From: Octopus vulgaris
Taxonomy: Eukaryota
DNA: 64,000 nt
Assembly (NCBI GenBank): GCA_951406725.2
Contig: OX597819.1
Location: 76,260,001-76,324,000, forward strand
Reading direction: 5' to 3'
A program made the position numbers and the translations under genes. Under the pieces are notes generated by a model. It was not told the DNA's origin, did no database searches, and was given only the letters and a program-made list of their open reading frames with translations. Within the stretch, counting starts at the first letter, position 1. Every line of letters starts with the position of its first letter. Shown here piece after piece: positions 42,173 through 59,070 of this stretch.

Positions 42173-44420
<2,248 letters not shown>

Positions 44421-45035
44421 GCTATCATTATCATTATCATTATAATCATTTCTACGCTTTACATGAATCTGAGACTGGAAATGAGTGATAAATTGATTTT
44501 ACTAAGACTAAATGTGATTTCAGTTAATTTACATAATGGGTCGTAACCAAATTGGGCATTTATGTTGAATGCGAAATTAATTTAATCTAAATAACCATCA
44601 TTTATCATCATCATCATCATCATCATCATCACCATCATCATCATCGTCATCATTATCATTTTACTAATTAAGATCTATGGAACGTAATGGTTATAATTTA
44701 TAGGTTATAATCTACTGATGAAATAATCAAGATAATTTATACAATTTCTAAAAATTAATGGTGTTCTTTTCTGTTATTGCACCAAATGTACTCTTTGAGT
44801 CATGTCACTGGCTGTTCAGTATACTGTATATCCTATAATTTTCCTTCTTAATTATGAAAATCAATTCTTTTCAAATTTAGCTCAGGATATTTTCCGGAAA
44901 AGAATTAATGAATATTTCTAGTTTCCTGATTTTTGATATATGTTTGTATTCTTTTCTGAATTTAAGCATTTATAAACTTATGCTTCTTCTCTTGAGAAAT
45001 TATATGTAAAAATAATTTAATGTATTTATATATTA

Positions 45036-47329
45036 CTAGCAGTAAAACCCGTGGTTGATCGGGTAATTACTTTTACTGTTTATCGGGAGCCACATTAAAA
45101 GTTTTATTATATGTATAATTTACTCCTCTTGTATGTGTGTAGTTTTAGAAGAGGAAAACATGTAACAATTGAAGTAGGATAAAGATCAATATTATACATG
45201 AACTTGGGTTTGTTTATGATATGACAATAATAAAGTGTTGAATGTATTATTTTTGTCTATCTATACAGTAATGGCAATGATACAATATTTTTATAAGAGA
45301 AGAACATGTAATAACAGAAGTAGAAAAATATCATTTTTATACATGAAGTTCTGTTTGTTTATTACATGATAATGATAATAATTGAGATTGTGTTATTTTA
45401 TTTATCAATACAGTAGTGACAATTATATGATACAGTTCATTGAAATAGGTAATTTATTCATTCTTGAATATAGTGATAGTGTTGGTAAATGACGTTATTG
45501 GAATATTCATGTTGCATTAAGAATAAATATTTCTGCGTGAACTATGTGTTTTGTTTTATTTCGGGGTATATAAGCCTTTACTACAAACAGTGAGAAAGTT
45601 TGGGTGAATGAAGTTTATGCGCAATTAATCTTGCATAATTTTGGTTGAGACATAAGAGGAGTCCCTTTTTTTTTCAACTGAAGACAATGAGGCGCTGTTG
45701 CTGGTGGTTGTAGTGAGTTAAAGAATTTGATGGGGTAGTTGACACCAACCTGATCATCAATTAAGTTATAAATGAAGACTTCTGGAAGTTTATTCAATAG
45801 CTTATTATTAATAATATGTAGAGGAACATATGTAATCTGTGTTCTTGTTATTATAAAGAAAATTAGGAAATGTTTCATACATCAGATCATCAACGGAATC
45901 ATATTATATTCTGCATTGAGTGTAATAAACACTTCTTCATCAAATTCGAACTCTCCTTTCACCGAGTTTCAAAAGCTGCCCTGCTGACTGATCTCTTGAA
46001 AACGTCAAAAGTGAGTTTATACTTTTATTATATTTATCAATACAGTAATGAGCTTTTAATATTTATCATACAGTAATTATATAATGTAGTTCACTGAAAT
46101 AGGTAATTTAGTCATTCTTGAATGTAATGATATTAATGGGAAATTAAGTTATTGAAATATTGAAACAGTGATGTTGCATTAAGAATGAATATTTCTTTAT
46201 AGACAATGTTTTTTTTGTTTTGATTTCGTGGTGCATAAGCAAAATGATTTGCTTTATACTCCCACATAAATTTGGCCATGTGAAAAGCATGGTTCTTAGT
46301 TGCAATCTAGAAACTTTTAGTGTTTGGCCCTAATTTTATTAATGCTCATGGCAAAGGAAACTCAGGAAACTGTAACCATTTAAATTGGAATGGACATCAG
46401 ATGGTATTACTTGCATGCGAGGAATGAAAACAGTGTCACACTTACCACAACCAGTGAGAATATTTGCCGCATTGTAGTTCCTCATAAGTCTATGCACAAT
46501 TAATCTTGTCCCATTGCATAATTTCGGTTGATAAATTACGCAATAGCATGATAGGAGTCCTTTTTTTTTCAGCTGAAAACAATGAGGAAGTGTACCTGGT
46601 GGTTCTAGTAAGTTAAAAAATTCGATGGGGTAGTTAACACTATGCTGATCATCAACAATACTGTCAATTGAGTTATAAGTGAATATTTCTCTTGGAAGCT
46701 TATTCAATAGCATATTATTAATGCTAAATACTGCAACATATTTTGGAGCCAGGATAGTCCGCTCACAGATCCAATCTGTATTGTTGTAATTATGAAGAAG
46801 ATTGGGAAAGATGTGTGTATGTGTGTGTTCTTTTGGTGAGGGAAAGAAAGAAAGAAGAAAAGGAGGAGAGAAACAAAGAGGGAGAGAAAGGGAGAAAGGA
46901 AGAGAGAAAGAAAGAGAGGGAAATAGACAGCTAGAGAAGAAAGAAAATCATACAGGGGGCGAAAGGTTATTGAGCTAGATAACTTAGATCAGGGATACGT
47001 GTACAAAGACACGCACACACACACACTCACACTTTCGCCCGTTAAATATCATAGCCTGCATATATATCTCTCCCTTCCTTTTTCTAATAGTATTCATCTG
47101 TTTTAAACCCAATGTAACTCAATCCATCCCTATCCATCCATTAACTTCCCCTACGAACTTTTTTTTATCCACAATTGTGTGTCTATATTTAAAAGAGATT
47201 GCAACTCATTGAAAACAGATAATAGTAATATAATATTGTAGTGATGCTTTATTCCCGAACCAGACGGGCATAATAACATGACAGTCAAAACTCGGGATCT
47301 TTAACGAAACACACATTTTTATGTATAGA
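45036..47329 (-). mobile_element. Internally deleted Helitron with both termini and two tandem PIF1-helicase C-terminal fragments
   Basis: 5' A|TCTATACATAAAA at 47329; 3' hairpin acccg..cgggt + CTAG|T at 45036; helicase motifs YPIEFFN.L.PPG..PH, PKLCNGTRL, VFIPR at 46200-46810 and again at 45560-45880. Confidence 0.82.
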
Positions 47330-47649
47330 TGTATCTCATGAGACTCGGACTGCAAAATTGTTGCAACTCATCTTGAAAGTAGGCCCCACTGATAAGGGAC
47401 AGTAGCAGGATGGGTCGAAACGACCGTTGTACGAAATAGAGATTAATACAAAATTCATCTTCTCGTTACTAAAGCAATAATTATTATCTCAGCTAACTCT
47501 GCAGTATTCTTGAAGTAGATCCAACGAAAATATAGTCCGACCGTGGATGACACCAGGTAGCCCAAACTGTGCCAGTGCTCTACTCAATATTTCAACACAT
47601 TAATCGGCATATACCCATTAGTCCCAATATATATACACATATATATATG

Positions 47650-47805
<156 letters not shown>

Positions 47806-48327
47806 ATGGGTTCTGATCTTAACTGATTGAAGTGTTATCATGTACATTGTTTTGTCTTGGTATAAAAGATGGGCTACAGCAAATATTCTGCTCAATACCA
47901 CAGATTTGCTTGTCAGTTGTTTGACCTTAACCAGTTGAGCATGTCCCTTGGTGGCTGACGATATGTGCATCTCTGATCACGAGCAGAAGTAGTGGGGGAA
48001 CATCATAGCCATGTGTTGAGAGGGATTCTTTGGGGTTTGAATAATTCACCTCTGGAAACATGGGTGGTTCTTTCAACATCCTTAAACAACCCTTATTCAG
48101 GGACCTTTTGAGCGGGATGGGCTACTCAACCTGAAGAAATTTCTAACTGGGCCCCACCTGCAAGGTCATGTGCTGGTAATCTTATATGAGATCACCATGT
48201 CGCGCACATATGGTTGTGATGCATGTGCCTGGTGTACCCTTATCAGACGGGTAGTCATGATGGGTATATTGGGCTTCGTATTTTTTACCCCAGTGTCACT
48301 TTGATGGCATGAACTGCTCTCTCACTC
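47806..48327 (+). mobile_element. GC-richer non-coding insert bounded on both sides by (TAA)n; probable TAA-targeted non-LTR element segment
   Basis: Sharp compositional boundaries, (AAT)n on both sides, adjacent to R4/Dong RT fragment. Confidence 0.45.
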
Positions 48328-48348
48328 AATAATAATAATAATAATAAT

Positions 48349-48743
48349 CCTTGTAAGAGGCAAGGTCAGGCATACAACTTCAATTAAATTAGATACCGAC
48401 ACTGCCATCAAGGAGCTTGGCCCACAGTAAAATTACAAATACTTGGGGATAAACAAAGTAGATGGTACACAACATGCTACAATGAAGGAAAAAAATAAGA
48501 AAAGAATATTACAAGAGATTAAGATTCATACTAAAAGCTGAACTCAGCTCTAAAGATCACATCGAATGCACTAACACCTTGGAACTTCCTGTAGACCAAT
48601 ATAGTTTTAACATCATTAAATGGAATCTTACAGAGCTCCAACGCCTCGAGAGGAAGACAAGAAAAATACTAACTTCTAAGAACATGCACCACCGAAAAGC
48701 AGATGTCAATCATCTGTACCTACCTAGAAGTAATGGGGGAATA
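48349..48743 (+). pseudogene. R4/Dong-clade LINE RT-thumb fragment
   Basis: YKYLGI..MKEK/IRKEYYKRLRFILKAELSSK..YSFNIIKWN..LERKTRKIL..MHHRKADVNHLYLPRSNGG, with stop and frameshift. Confidence 0.8.
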
Positions 48744-49109
48744 ACTGTGCTATAAGATCATCTTCACAATAGCAAGGTTATTACACATATATAAATTTTT
48801 GAATTTTGGAGGCACTAAATTTAGGAACAAAAATAGGACAGTGGAAACCTATATATATATATTATTTATATTATTATTTTATTGAACGCCATACATCCAT
48901 TTCCAAGTAAGTTTATCTTAACCTTTTTAAAGCGACTCTACTCTATACTGTTTTCTTCCCCTTCCCTTTCACCATTTTCATTTATTTTCGTAGTTCATGT
49001 TGTTTACTGTTGGTGACGTCCTTACACATATATGCATATATATATATATATATATATATATTATTTATATTATTATTTAATTAAATTTTATGTATCCATT
49101 TCCAAGTAA

Positions 49110-49144
<35 letters not shown>

Positions 49145-51537
49145 TGTGCGCGTGCCTGTGTATAAGTGTGTGCACATACGTTTGTGTGTGTGCGTGTGTG
49201 TGTATTTGTGTGTGTGTGTGTGTGTGTGTGTTTTGCATGTATGCTCGCCTGTTGGAGCCATGAGAATGAATTACTCATTTCTAAGGACGACTGATGAAAG
49301 ATTCTCGAAAGAATTTACATTAGAAGTATAACGAATGTCGATAGCAAAGCATTTTTAATAACAAATATTAGCTTTAAGAGAAAGAGACAGCAAAGATCAT
49401 TAGTGGTGAAATTCCTTGTAGAAAAACATTCTATGCCGAATGTTGGATTACTTTTGATCTGCATTTACAATCCCACTTAAAATATAACTAGGGAAGATTT
49501 CTGGAGGATTGTTTCATATTTTGGAAAACAAAAAGGAAGACCGTACAAGATTACTGAACTTAATAAAAGGCATTCATATATTGATCCAGTGGCTGCTTTA
49601 TTTACGAATGGTTAAGAAGTCACTTCATAATCACGAATTATCGAGCATTTTCCTGGAGTCTCACCAAGGCTTTTCGAAAGGTAGTGAGTTGAAGGAATAC
49701 GTGAATGAGCTCCTCTGGTGGAATGTAGCAGCGATTCAAACATAAGACATTGTCAGATAGGGTATAACACCGATTTCGTCAAACGTTAAACCGTTTACAC
49801 GCTAAAACAATGTTGATCGATCAACTGAAACGTCATCATTGGAAGTGACTGATATCCATGTACTACATACATTTTTTAAGTATTCAAACAGTAAGAACGA
49901 GAAAGACGTCAGAGAGAGAGAGAGTGAGAGAGAGAGAGAAAGAAAAGTGAGAGAGAGAAATAGAGAGATGTAGGTATGTAGGGATAGAGTGCTGTCGTGC
50001 GTGTGAGGGAGCGAAAGATTATGTGGAGGTGATTAGTGATGAATGGTAAAAGAAATGTGTCATTTGCCAGCGTATCGTACCAGAAGCTGATGTACTTTAA
50101 GAAATATGTTGAGGAAAATCGCCTTTTATTTTATTAGTCATATGGCTGAAGATATTGAATCATTCTTCTTTCATTGTCTTTGATCAATTTGAGTAGTTTC
50201 TGTAATAGGGTTCCCTTAATTACAATGATTTTATCGATCGCAGCTGAACTAAAATGTAATAAAGTAAACAAATGCATTGATCTGGAACAGAATTTTGTGC
50301 ATTGATATAAATGGAATAATGCTTGCATTTAAGCTTGTATGCGAGTGTGTGACAGTGTGTGTGTCTGTGTGTGTGTGTTTGTGAGTGTGTGTGTGTACGT
50401 GTATGTGTGTATGAGTGTCCGTGCGTGCATATGTGTGTGCGTATGTGTGTATCTGTGTATCTATATATCTATCTACCTATCTAAATATTTCTTTATTTTT
50501 TTACGTTGATATATAATTTTCTCCCTTTATATCTCATCCTTCTCTCTCCCCCTCACTCCCTCTCTCTCTCATATATATGTGAGTGTGTGTGTATGTGTAT
50601 GTGCGTGTGTATGTTTGTGTGTGTGTAGAGAGAGAGAGAGAGTGAGAGAGAAAGAGAGAAAGAGAAAGAGAGAGAGCTGCAAAATGTCTGGAGAAAATGA
50701 CTACATAATCTCCTGATTGGTAGATTCACTGCATGCGTACAGCTGTACGTTTATGTACATACTTGCGTACGTTATATATCTCTGTCAAACACGTACACAC
50801 GAGCATGCACACGCACACTCACACAAACACAAAACATACAGTACTTGCGAATGAACAGGTGTATGTCGTATCATCTCGGTCTGATGTCTCACTCTGCCTG
50901 TACTTTGCAGAAGATATATATGGTCCCTCCATATAATGTGTAGAGAAAGCTCCAGATTTTAGTTTGGCTTCATAAAAATAATTCTGCCATATAGTGTTAC
51001 AGAAACTTAGTCTAAGGACCTGTTCAAAGATGTAAAGCGACATGACGTCACATCACTGGAGTATCACCCAAAGGGCCTCACAGTTTGGGCGACTTGGTTT
51101 TTCATAAACGTGGGACAGCACATGGATTGAAGGAAGTCACCTGCCATAAAAAAGAACAATTGATGCAAATCAGAATAACAGACTGAACATTATCATAAAA
51201 GGGTCTGATTATAAATACCTGTAATTTTTTGTTTCTCTACCGGTGGACATATTGAGAAGGTAGATGGACTCTGAGGAAGACACCAGCTAGATTCGAAACC
51301 GCTCGGAACGATACCATTAACGAGGGTGGGATGAAAAATGAGATTCGTTTTTCATATGTCAACGCATACCCGAATACTCATAACATATTCGATTACAAAT
51401 TCCGACACAAATACATACACATACTTGTGTACTTTTTCATACACAAATGTGCATAACTAACGTTTATTTTGTTTACCATTAGAAATAACTAAGATTAAAC
51501 AACATTCATAGCGTAGGGCAACACTAATACGCATAGG

Positions 51538-51664
<127 letters not shown>

Positions 51665-52177
51665 ATTTGTGTATACAAACATATATACACACATCATATA
51701 CATTGATATAAATAAACTAGGTCAGTGCTCTTTCGTGGAAGAAGAGAAATTATCGTTGCTGGTCTATTAAAAGTTGAGGAAAGGCAAACCCTTGGATGTT
51801 ATTTTTATCCTGTTAGAAATGAATTTAATTTATTATCGACTTTCTGTATTCCTTGCATTTTATTATTCTTGGTTGATGAGAATTTCTTTCCTTCTTTCTT
51901 CGTTTTCCACAGTTCCCTTCTTATTTCTCTCTTTTGTTATATCTACTTTTCGTTCCACTTGGCAGTGAAACTGCTCTGCTGTCAGCTGGATTAACGCCAA
52001 AATCTTTGCTAAGTTTCATTTAGTCCATATACACTCGAAAGAACTACACAAAATAATAACGTAAAACATCAGAAAAATAAAAGTACTTAAAATAATTGGA
52101 ACAATGAAAACCTTCCGTGAAATGTTATTATCAATTCCATCTTTACTTTAGTGTAAATAATTTCAGTTACACACACT

Positions 52178-52281
<104 letters not shown>

Positions 52282-52304
52282 AAGAAAGAGAATAACGATA
52301 AACG

Positions 52305-52593
52305 AAGCCCTTTTCAAGCTCATGGGCCCGGTTTCCCTGTTTCTGCGGCATATGTGTTTCCCCAAGCTGGACAGGACGCCAGTCCATCGCAGCGTTACTC
52401 AAGAAACAGGAAGAGAGAGTGAGAGACAGTTGTGGCGAAAGAGTACAACAGGGGTCACCACATCCCCCTGACGGAGCATCGTGGAGCTTTTAGCTGTTTT
52501 CGCTCAATAAACACACACAACGCCCGGTCTGAGAATCGATACCGCAATCCTCCGACCGCGAGTCCGCTGCCATAACCACTGGGTCATTACGCC
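52305..52593 (-). mobile_element. tRNA-derived SINE with V-domain-like segment
   Basis: Highly similar to 13780-14041. Confidence 0.82.
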
Positions 52594-53119
52594 TCCACAT
52601 ATACATAGAATAGAAAAGCGAAAATGGTAATACAAAACGCAAGGTTACCTGTGCTTTGACTTACGTTAAAACGTTTAAAACTTACATTTATAAACAAAAT
52701 ATGGAATATTTAAACTCGCCAATGAGTGATTACAATTTATAGTCAAAGATATGCTATTTGTGCCTGTTCCACATGATCCTGCACATAGAATTATGTTACT
52801 GAAGACTTCCACGCTTCTTTTGTTAAAATTCAAGTGTGGGATTTTGCCAAATGCATGATATCCAAATTAGCTTGGTATTTGATTTCAATAGCAATTAGCT
52901 ATTACTTCTCTTCGTCGACGAAAAAAAAAAAAAAGAAAATTATGCAATTGTTTTCTGGTAAATGTCAACAAACCATGAATCCCGCGAGTGAAATCTATAT
53001 TTAAGAATATAGAAAGAAAATAAAAAGATGCAGTTACATACTTTCAAATTTCCATGGCCAAAATGTTAAGCACTATTTTATTCATGTATCTATGTACGTG
53101 TGTATATATATATATATTT

Positions 53120-53532
53120 TCTCTTTTATTTTCTCTTTTACTTGTTTCAGTCATTTGACTGCGGCCATGCTGGAGCACCGCCTTTAATCGAGCAACTCGA
53201 CCCCGGGACTTATTCTTTGTAAGCCCAGTACTTATTCTATCGGTCTCTTTTTGCCGAACCGCTAAGTGACGGGGACTGAAACACACCAGCATCGGTTGTC
53301 AAGCAATGCTAGGGGGATAAACACAGACACACAAACATACACACGCATACATATATATATACATATATCCGACAGGCTTCTTTCAGTTTCCGTCTACCAA
53401 ATCCACTCACAAGGCATTGATCAGCCCGAGGCTATAGCAGAAGACACTTGCACAAGATGCCACGCAGTGGGACTGAACCCGGAACCATGTGGTTGGTAAG
53501 CAAGCTACTTACCACACAGCCACTCCTGCGCC
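53120..53532 (-). mobile_element. Full-length tRNA-derived SINE with LINE-derived 3' tail
   Basis: Head ggcgcaggagtggctgtgtggtaag...gggttcagtccc; tail ggcggtgctccagcatggccgcag...ctgaaac. Confidence 0.88.
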
Positions 53533-53596
<64 letters not shown>

Positions 53597-53911
53597 GTGT
53601 CACAAGATACATATCGTTGGCTGCTATGATGCTACTATGCTACTAGGTACAGAGCGCAATACAGAGCGAGATCACGTGATGTGGCAGTTACTGCAGCCGT
53701 AGCAGACGGTTTTCGCCTGTCAACGGTATAAATAAGAGTGTTCTTATGGACCATGGGTCAATACAGCAGGTTCTCTCAAGATAGATAATGCATATTCTGT
53801 ATTCTAACACAACCTTCCCGTTAGGTTGGAGATAAAGATTACTTTCTGGTATTCATGCTCATATGTCAATGTTAATTTTAACCACACATACACACACAAA
53901 TACATGTATGG

Positions 53912-54078
<167 letters not shown>

Positions 54079-56359
54079 ATAATATGAATGCGCGTTTTTA
54101 TTTGTGTGAAAGGGAATAGATAACTTCGTAAAATTGTTGTATGTTCTTCTGCATATAAACTTCTATTATTTTTTTTTTGTTTTACTATTTTCCATTTCTC
54201 CATTAAGAAGTGTGTATAGTTACTATTTTTTCGGATAAATACTTTCTCATACAGGTACGTATATATATATATATATACATATATAAGTGCTGCCGTAACA
54301 GTCTGTCTTAATGGAAATGTGCGGTAAATATCTCAATGGCATCGGAAACTCATACCACGATAATGGCCAAAGGAGAAAAACAAAAGTGTATCTTTACTTT
54401 CGCATTATGCTTTAAAGTAGTTCGTACCATTTACAAGGCTTATAGAGGCTGCGGTTGTTCACTTATCTCTCATATTTCATTCAACAAATTTGTGTACAGC
54501 GGTTTTATTAGATGAATACAAACATAACCGTGCAAATAAACATTATGAATAAATACGTAATACATAATAATATATACTTACATGAATACATACACAAAAT
54601 TGATTGTGTGTATACTCACAAATACTCCTATATATATATATACACACATATTTGCGTGTGTATATGTATATTTTTTCCCATTTGTTTGTATATTTCTGTG
54701 CGGTGGGGTTGAAATACTACCATGTTTTGTATGAGCTGAGTCGTAAACTTCTACTGAAGAAAGTCTAGTTGGCTTTAAAATTCCATGTAGAAGAATTCAA
54801 GAGGCCACAGCGCACTGCCGCATGATGCTGCAGGTTTCGACGTATCCCATCGTAAATTTGTTCCAACCAAGATTATTGACCAGAAAGAAATGGATCGTGA
54901 AAGGAGTTGTTTGTGTGGTAGAGACTATCCTGCAAATGATATGGATGACATATACGCTAGACAGAGATGTATAAAGGAAAAATTAATGTGTTACGAGAAT
55001 AACATAGGCAAATGAAATATTGAGACGAAATAACTTCGTCATATGGAAGAGGAATATACGATGAAAAGTGTGCGGTTTGGAAGTTAATGTGCATGAAAAA
55101 GAACAATGAATCATACTACGATTATATAATGGAAAAATTTTACTATCCTGGTTTTAATTCTTCCTAAAGGTTCTGTACAATGTATTTCTATATCTTGTTC
55201 ACATTAGACAATGGGTCTAGAATATTAATGATATTCATTTGTGCAAACTTTAAACATTGTTGGAGTTTGTTTTTGTGACATATGCTTCATCCAATTTAAA
55301 TACGCTTGGTATTCCAGTTAAGTATCGGATTTTCATTCAATTACTCTAAAACAATAATGTGACAGCAATGTATTAAGAAACTCCACAGAAGCGTGAACAG
55401 ACCGGAGTGAAAATTCGGATTTCTGAACGGTGCTAATGACTGGAAGATGCAAGTAGATTTCAAGGAAGCTCTCGTATTCATAAACCAAATAACAATAACG
55501 ATGACACGCCCTGGCAATATTGAATGGACTGACTTGACCGACCAGAAAATTTATTGGTGAGAGAGCAATGCATTGTAAATAGATTAAACGAAGGGATGAA
55601 GATGAATATCAGAGCAGGGATACGCAAATATGACATGGAATAAAAACAAAAGTTTCAGATAGGATTTGAAGAAGTCATGTATCAGAAAAGCAATGATCAA
55701 AGCGAAGAAGAAACTCACACCGAGCGGTAAAAAATGACAGATATTGCATCGATAGTATGGTAACACCCAGTTTGCTATTCTGGCTGCATAGATAAAGACG
55801 GAATTAAGCATGCCAAAAGAACCAAGACATTCTCGAACAGCCACAATGCTATTTAAGGCTAGTGGTGAGAACAATACTATGGAAAAGTGTCGAAATCGTT
55901 GTGACCGTCAGAGAAGAGATAATGAAGTATGTATATATGTATGTGTGTGCGTGTATACCATACATATATTAATACATACAATATATAATAATATAATGCA
56001 AACAATATGTAGAATAAGTTAAAAACGTAATGAATGCACAAACAAACCTGAAACATGTCACCAAATATAGAAAAAGAACAACATTAAAAAATTATGGCAG
56101 CTATCACGTAAGATCTCGGTATAAAGGAATAATATTAAATTTCCAACAAGTAGATACTAGTGAATGTATGTAGGATACAAATCCCAAGTAAATATTCATG
56201 TATGGCAGGTAAATCCAAAATTCTCATGCTGAATTTAGGAAATTCAGAGTATTAACAACAATTAATATGTACCAAGAAAATAATAGCTTTGTATCAGATG
56301 ACACCTTAAAAATCCAGTATTGTTTCAAATGCATTAACATACATACACACACACAAGCA

Positions 56360-56451
<92 letters not shown>

Positions 56452-56643
56452 TATATATATTCAACGGGAAGCTTTATGAGAATAAAAAAAGACGAAGGCA
56501 GGTGGAAACAAACGAACAATTGTATTAGTATGGCGCTCAGAAATATAAATAAACAAGTCTTTAACGTTTTATGTATTCATATACACATATAGATATATGT
56601 TAAATGAAAGACGGAAGGTGGAATGCACGAGGATATATTATTA

Positions 56644-56749
56644 ATCACTACAATTGTTTCGACACATCTAGCATCGATCCCTCACGGGTGGGACATTTAA
56701 AAGGTGATTCAGGAGCATCCAGTGGTGCAAATGTGTCTCATCGAATGAT
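56644..56749 (-). ncRNA. Degenerate hammerhead motif (core TCGATGA)
   Basis: atcat-tcGATGA-gacacat...atgtgtc-GAAA-caattg-TA-gtgat; stems intact, first two core bases altered. Confidence 0.5.
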
Positions 56750-57152
56750 AAATACATAATATTATTAATATTAATAAAAAATATGCTCGAAAATTTATGT
56801 CAACATAACACTATCAAGCTAATCTTTATTGGTTAAATATTAACCGAACATCAGAAAAAAAATTTATGTATATGTATATACATATATACACACATATATA
56901 TAAATGTATGGATATAGGTATGTGTGTATATGTAATCTTTACACTTTAACTATTACGCTTATATTCTACATATGAGTTAAGCAATACCGTAACTGTTGAC
57001 AGGCAAGGTTAAATGCAAACGAGAAATGGTGCTGCCAGGTCAAGGTATGTGTTTCTTAAAAACATAAAGACCTGTTAAAGTTTTACTGATATCATTTCTA
57101 TCATTGAAAATTGTTTACTTTTAATAGATTTAAAGTACATGTTTGTAAGTGT

Positions 57153-57231
<79 letters not shown>

Positions 57232-57244
57232 CCCTCTCTCTCTC

Positions 57245-57289
<45 letters not shown>

Positions 57290-57353
57290 TGATAGAACTG
57301 GTAAGACAACAAAAGAATTTAAGAGACCTCGATATTATGTAAATAGAGGAATT

Positions 57354-57537
57354 TATCTGTAAATGTAATACGTGACAATTATTCGGTAGCCATGATAAAA
57401 CTCCAAGTTTCGGATGTTGGGGCGGAAATCCCCGCTGCCATCTCTTCAGTTATCCGGCCGGCGTGGGTTTCGGCCTCGACATCCGAAAATCGGAGTTTTA
57501 TCATGGCTACCGAATAATTGTCACATATTATATTTAC

Positions 57538-57542
<5 letters not shown>
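57354..57542. mobile_element. Fold-back element (arms ~57354-57428 / 57464-57542) ending in (TA)n, with hammerhead-like motif at 57394-57454 (-)
   Basis: Inverted arms; minus strand gataa-CTGAAGA-gatg...catcc-GAAA-cttggag-TT-ttatc. Confidence 0.7.
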
Positions 57543-57583
<41 letters not shown>

Positions 57584-57585
<2 letters not shown>

Positions 57586-58045
57586 AGAAAAAGTTAGTTT
57601 TAAATCTCTGAGCGAGAAATATGTAGTAACAGTACTACAGAGTAAAGTCTAGTTGTCAACGTAAAGTGGCAGTCCTGATTAGGAGGGTATTACTACCTTT
57701 TTAGCACCAGGAAAACATCTTTTCCAGCTGGTTATCGACGCACAACTGCGTCCTTACACCTCGAAGGGAGCTAATGTTCCCACTCGGCCCTATACGTTAC
57801 CTGCAGACCAATGGGTCCTGGGTTATTTTTCTTCATCAGCACAGGATAACCGCTGGCTAGAGGTTGCAGCTCTAGGCCTTGCTTGAGATATATAGTTTTA
57901 GTCACACACAATTACGGATCTCGTAAGGAGTAAAAATAGTTTTAAATCTCTGGGCGAGAAATAAATAATGACAGTACTACAGAGTAAAGACTATTTGACA
58001 ACGTAAAGACCTGACTAGGAGGGTGTTACTCCCTTTTTTTGGCCT
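57584..58045. repeat. Diverged direct repeat (~57584-57705 and ~57928-58045), pLTR-like
   Basis: ttttaaatctctg.gcgagaaata..acagtactacagagtaaag.cta.ttg.caacgtaaag..cctga.taggagggt.ttact twice. Confidence 0.7.
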
Positions 58046-59070
58046 CCTTACTAAATTACTCATGAGAAATTTACAGTGAGGACATGATATGTTTTGGGAT
58101 GTGTTGTATCCGTATTCTTCATTCATGCTGATTCATTCAACTTGTTTAACATCCAAAGTTTCCGGACATTTTGACTGCCATAAATTTTCTTGTTTTTATT
58201 TCTCTCAAATTCTGTATCACTTATATATAGAAAGTGTTTAAATCATGAATGTTTTGCCAAAATAAAGCAATACGCCTGGAGTAGAATGAGAATGTCATTG
58301 ATGTGGTTGTGAAAGGACCCAGACAAACCTGGAAGAGTGACTGATTGACTGAACAATTAATTTTAAAAATTGACTAGTTAATTGGTTAATTAGTTAATTG
58401 GCTGACTAATAATAATAGCAGAAGTGAAATAGAACCCGTGCGTGGAATTATTATTGGCCTTATTACCTTCCACATGTACAACAAATATTGTGTGTAAATT
58501 TGGTTCCAATTTATATTTAGTTGAAATGGATCGCTATATCCATCGCCTTTTAGGCAAACAGCCAGCAATTTAGCTATGAAATAATATTCAACGCCTTAAT
58601 GATAAGACCCACTCCCACTCCGCCGCTGTTATTCTAGTGCAGATTAATTAGTTGAATGGAAATGAAATCTTAGTACTATAAATCTATTTGCAAGTTTGGC
58701 GTATTTTCTGGTGACTTATTGTGTGCAATCGGTGTACATAACTTTTAACCTGAATGAATTTATATAAAGCATGGATGGGTGTACTTTTATTCGACCAACG
58801 GAATTAGTGTTTCAATCGAAGCTTCACTAATAACTAAATCATTGTTGAAATTCTACATCTGCGTGAGTATAAATCAACAGTAGAAGCCATAATATTTCAA
58901 TTCAATGAGCAAACACTGTAGTTTAATGAAAACTATAAAAGTGCAACATTTACAGATTTCGAGTTCGTTTTCCTGCATTGCTTTATAGAACTGTATAAAG
59001 AGTGGAAGTTCTATATTTAAGAGAAGAGGAATTATGTACATTATATACATTACTTACATTTGAGCGATAT

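Noticed and set aside
47390-47430. Hammerhead-like ctgataag...gtcgaaacg
   Set aside because: Core G8 missing without compensation; no stem I
49285-49320. ctgatga...gaaa motif
   Set aside because: Stems I-III do not pair convincingly
51265-51320. ctgagga...ttcgaaaccgctcgg motif
   Set aside because: No UH after stem III and weak stems; at best a decayed relic
54749-54792. ttcta-ctgaaga-aagtc..ggctt-taaa..tagaa motif
   Set aside because: Stems I and II pair but catalytic G12 and the cleavage triplet are lost; cannot be called a ribozyme
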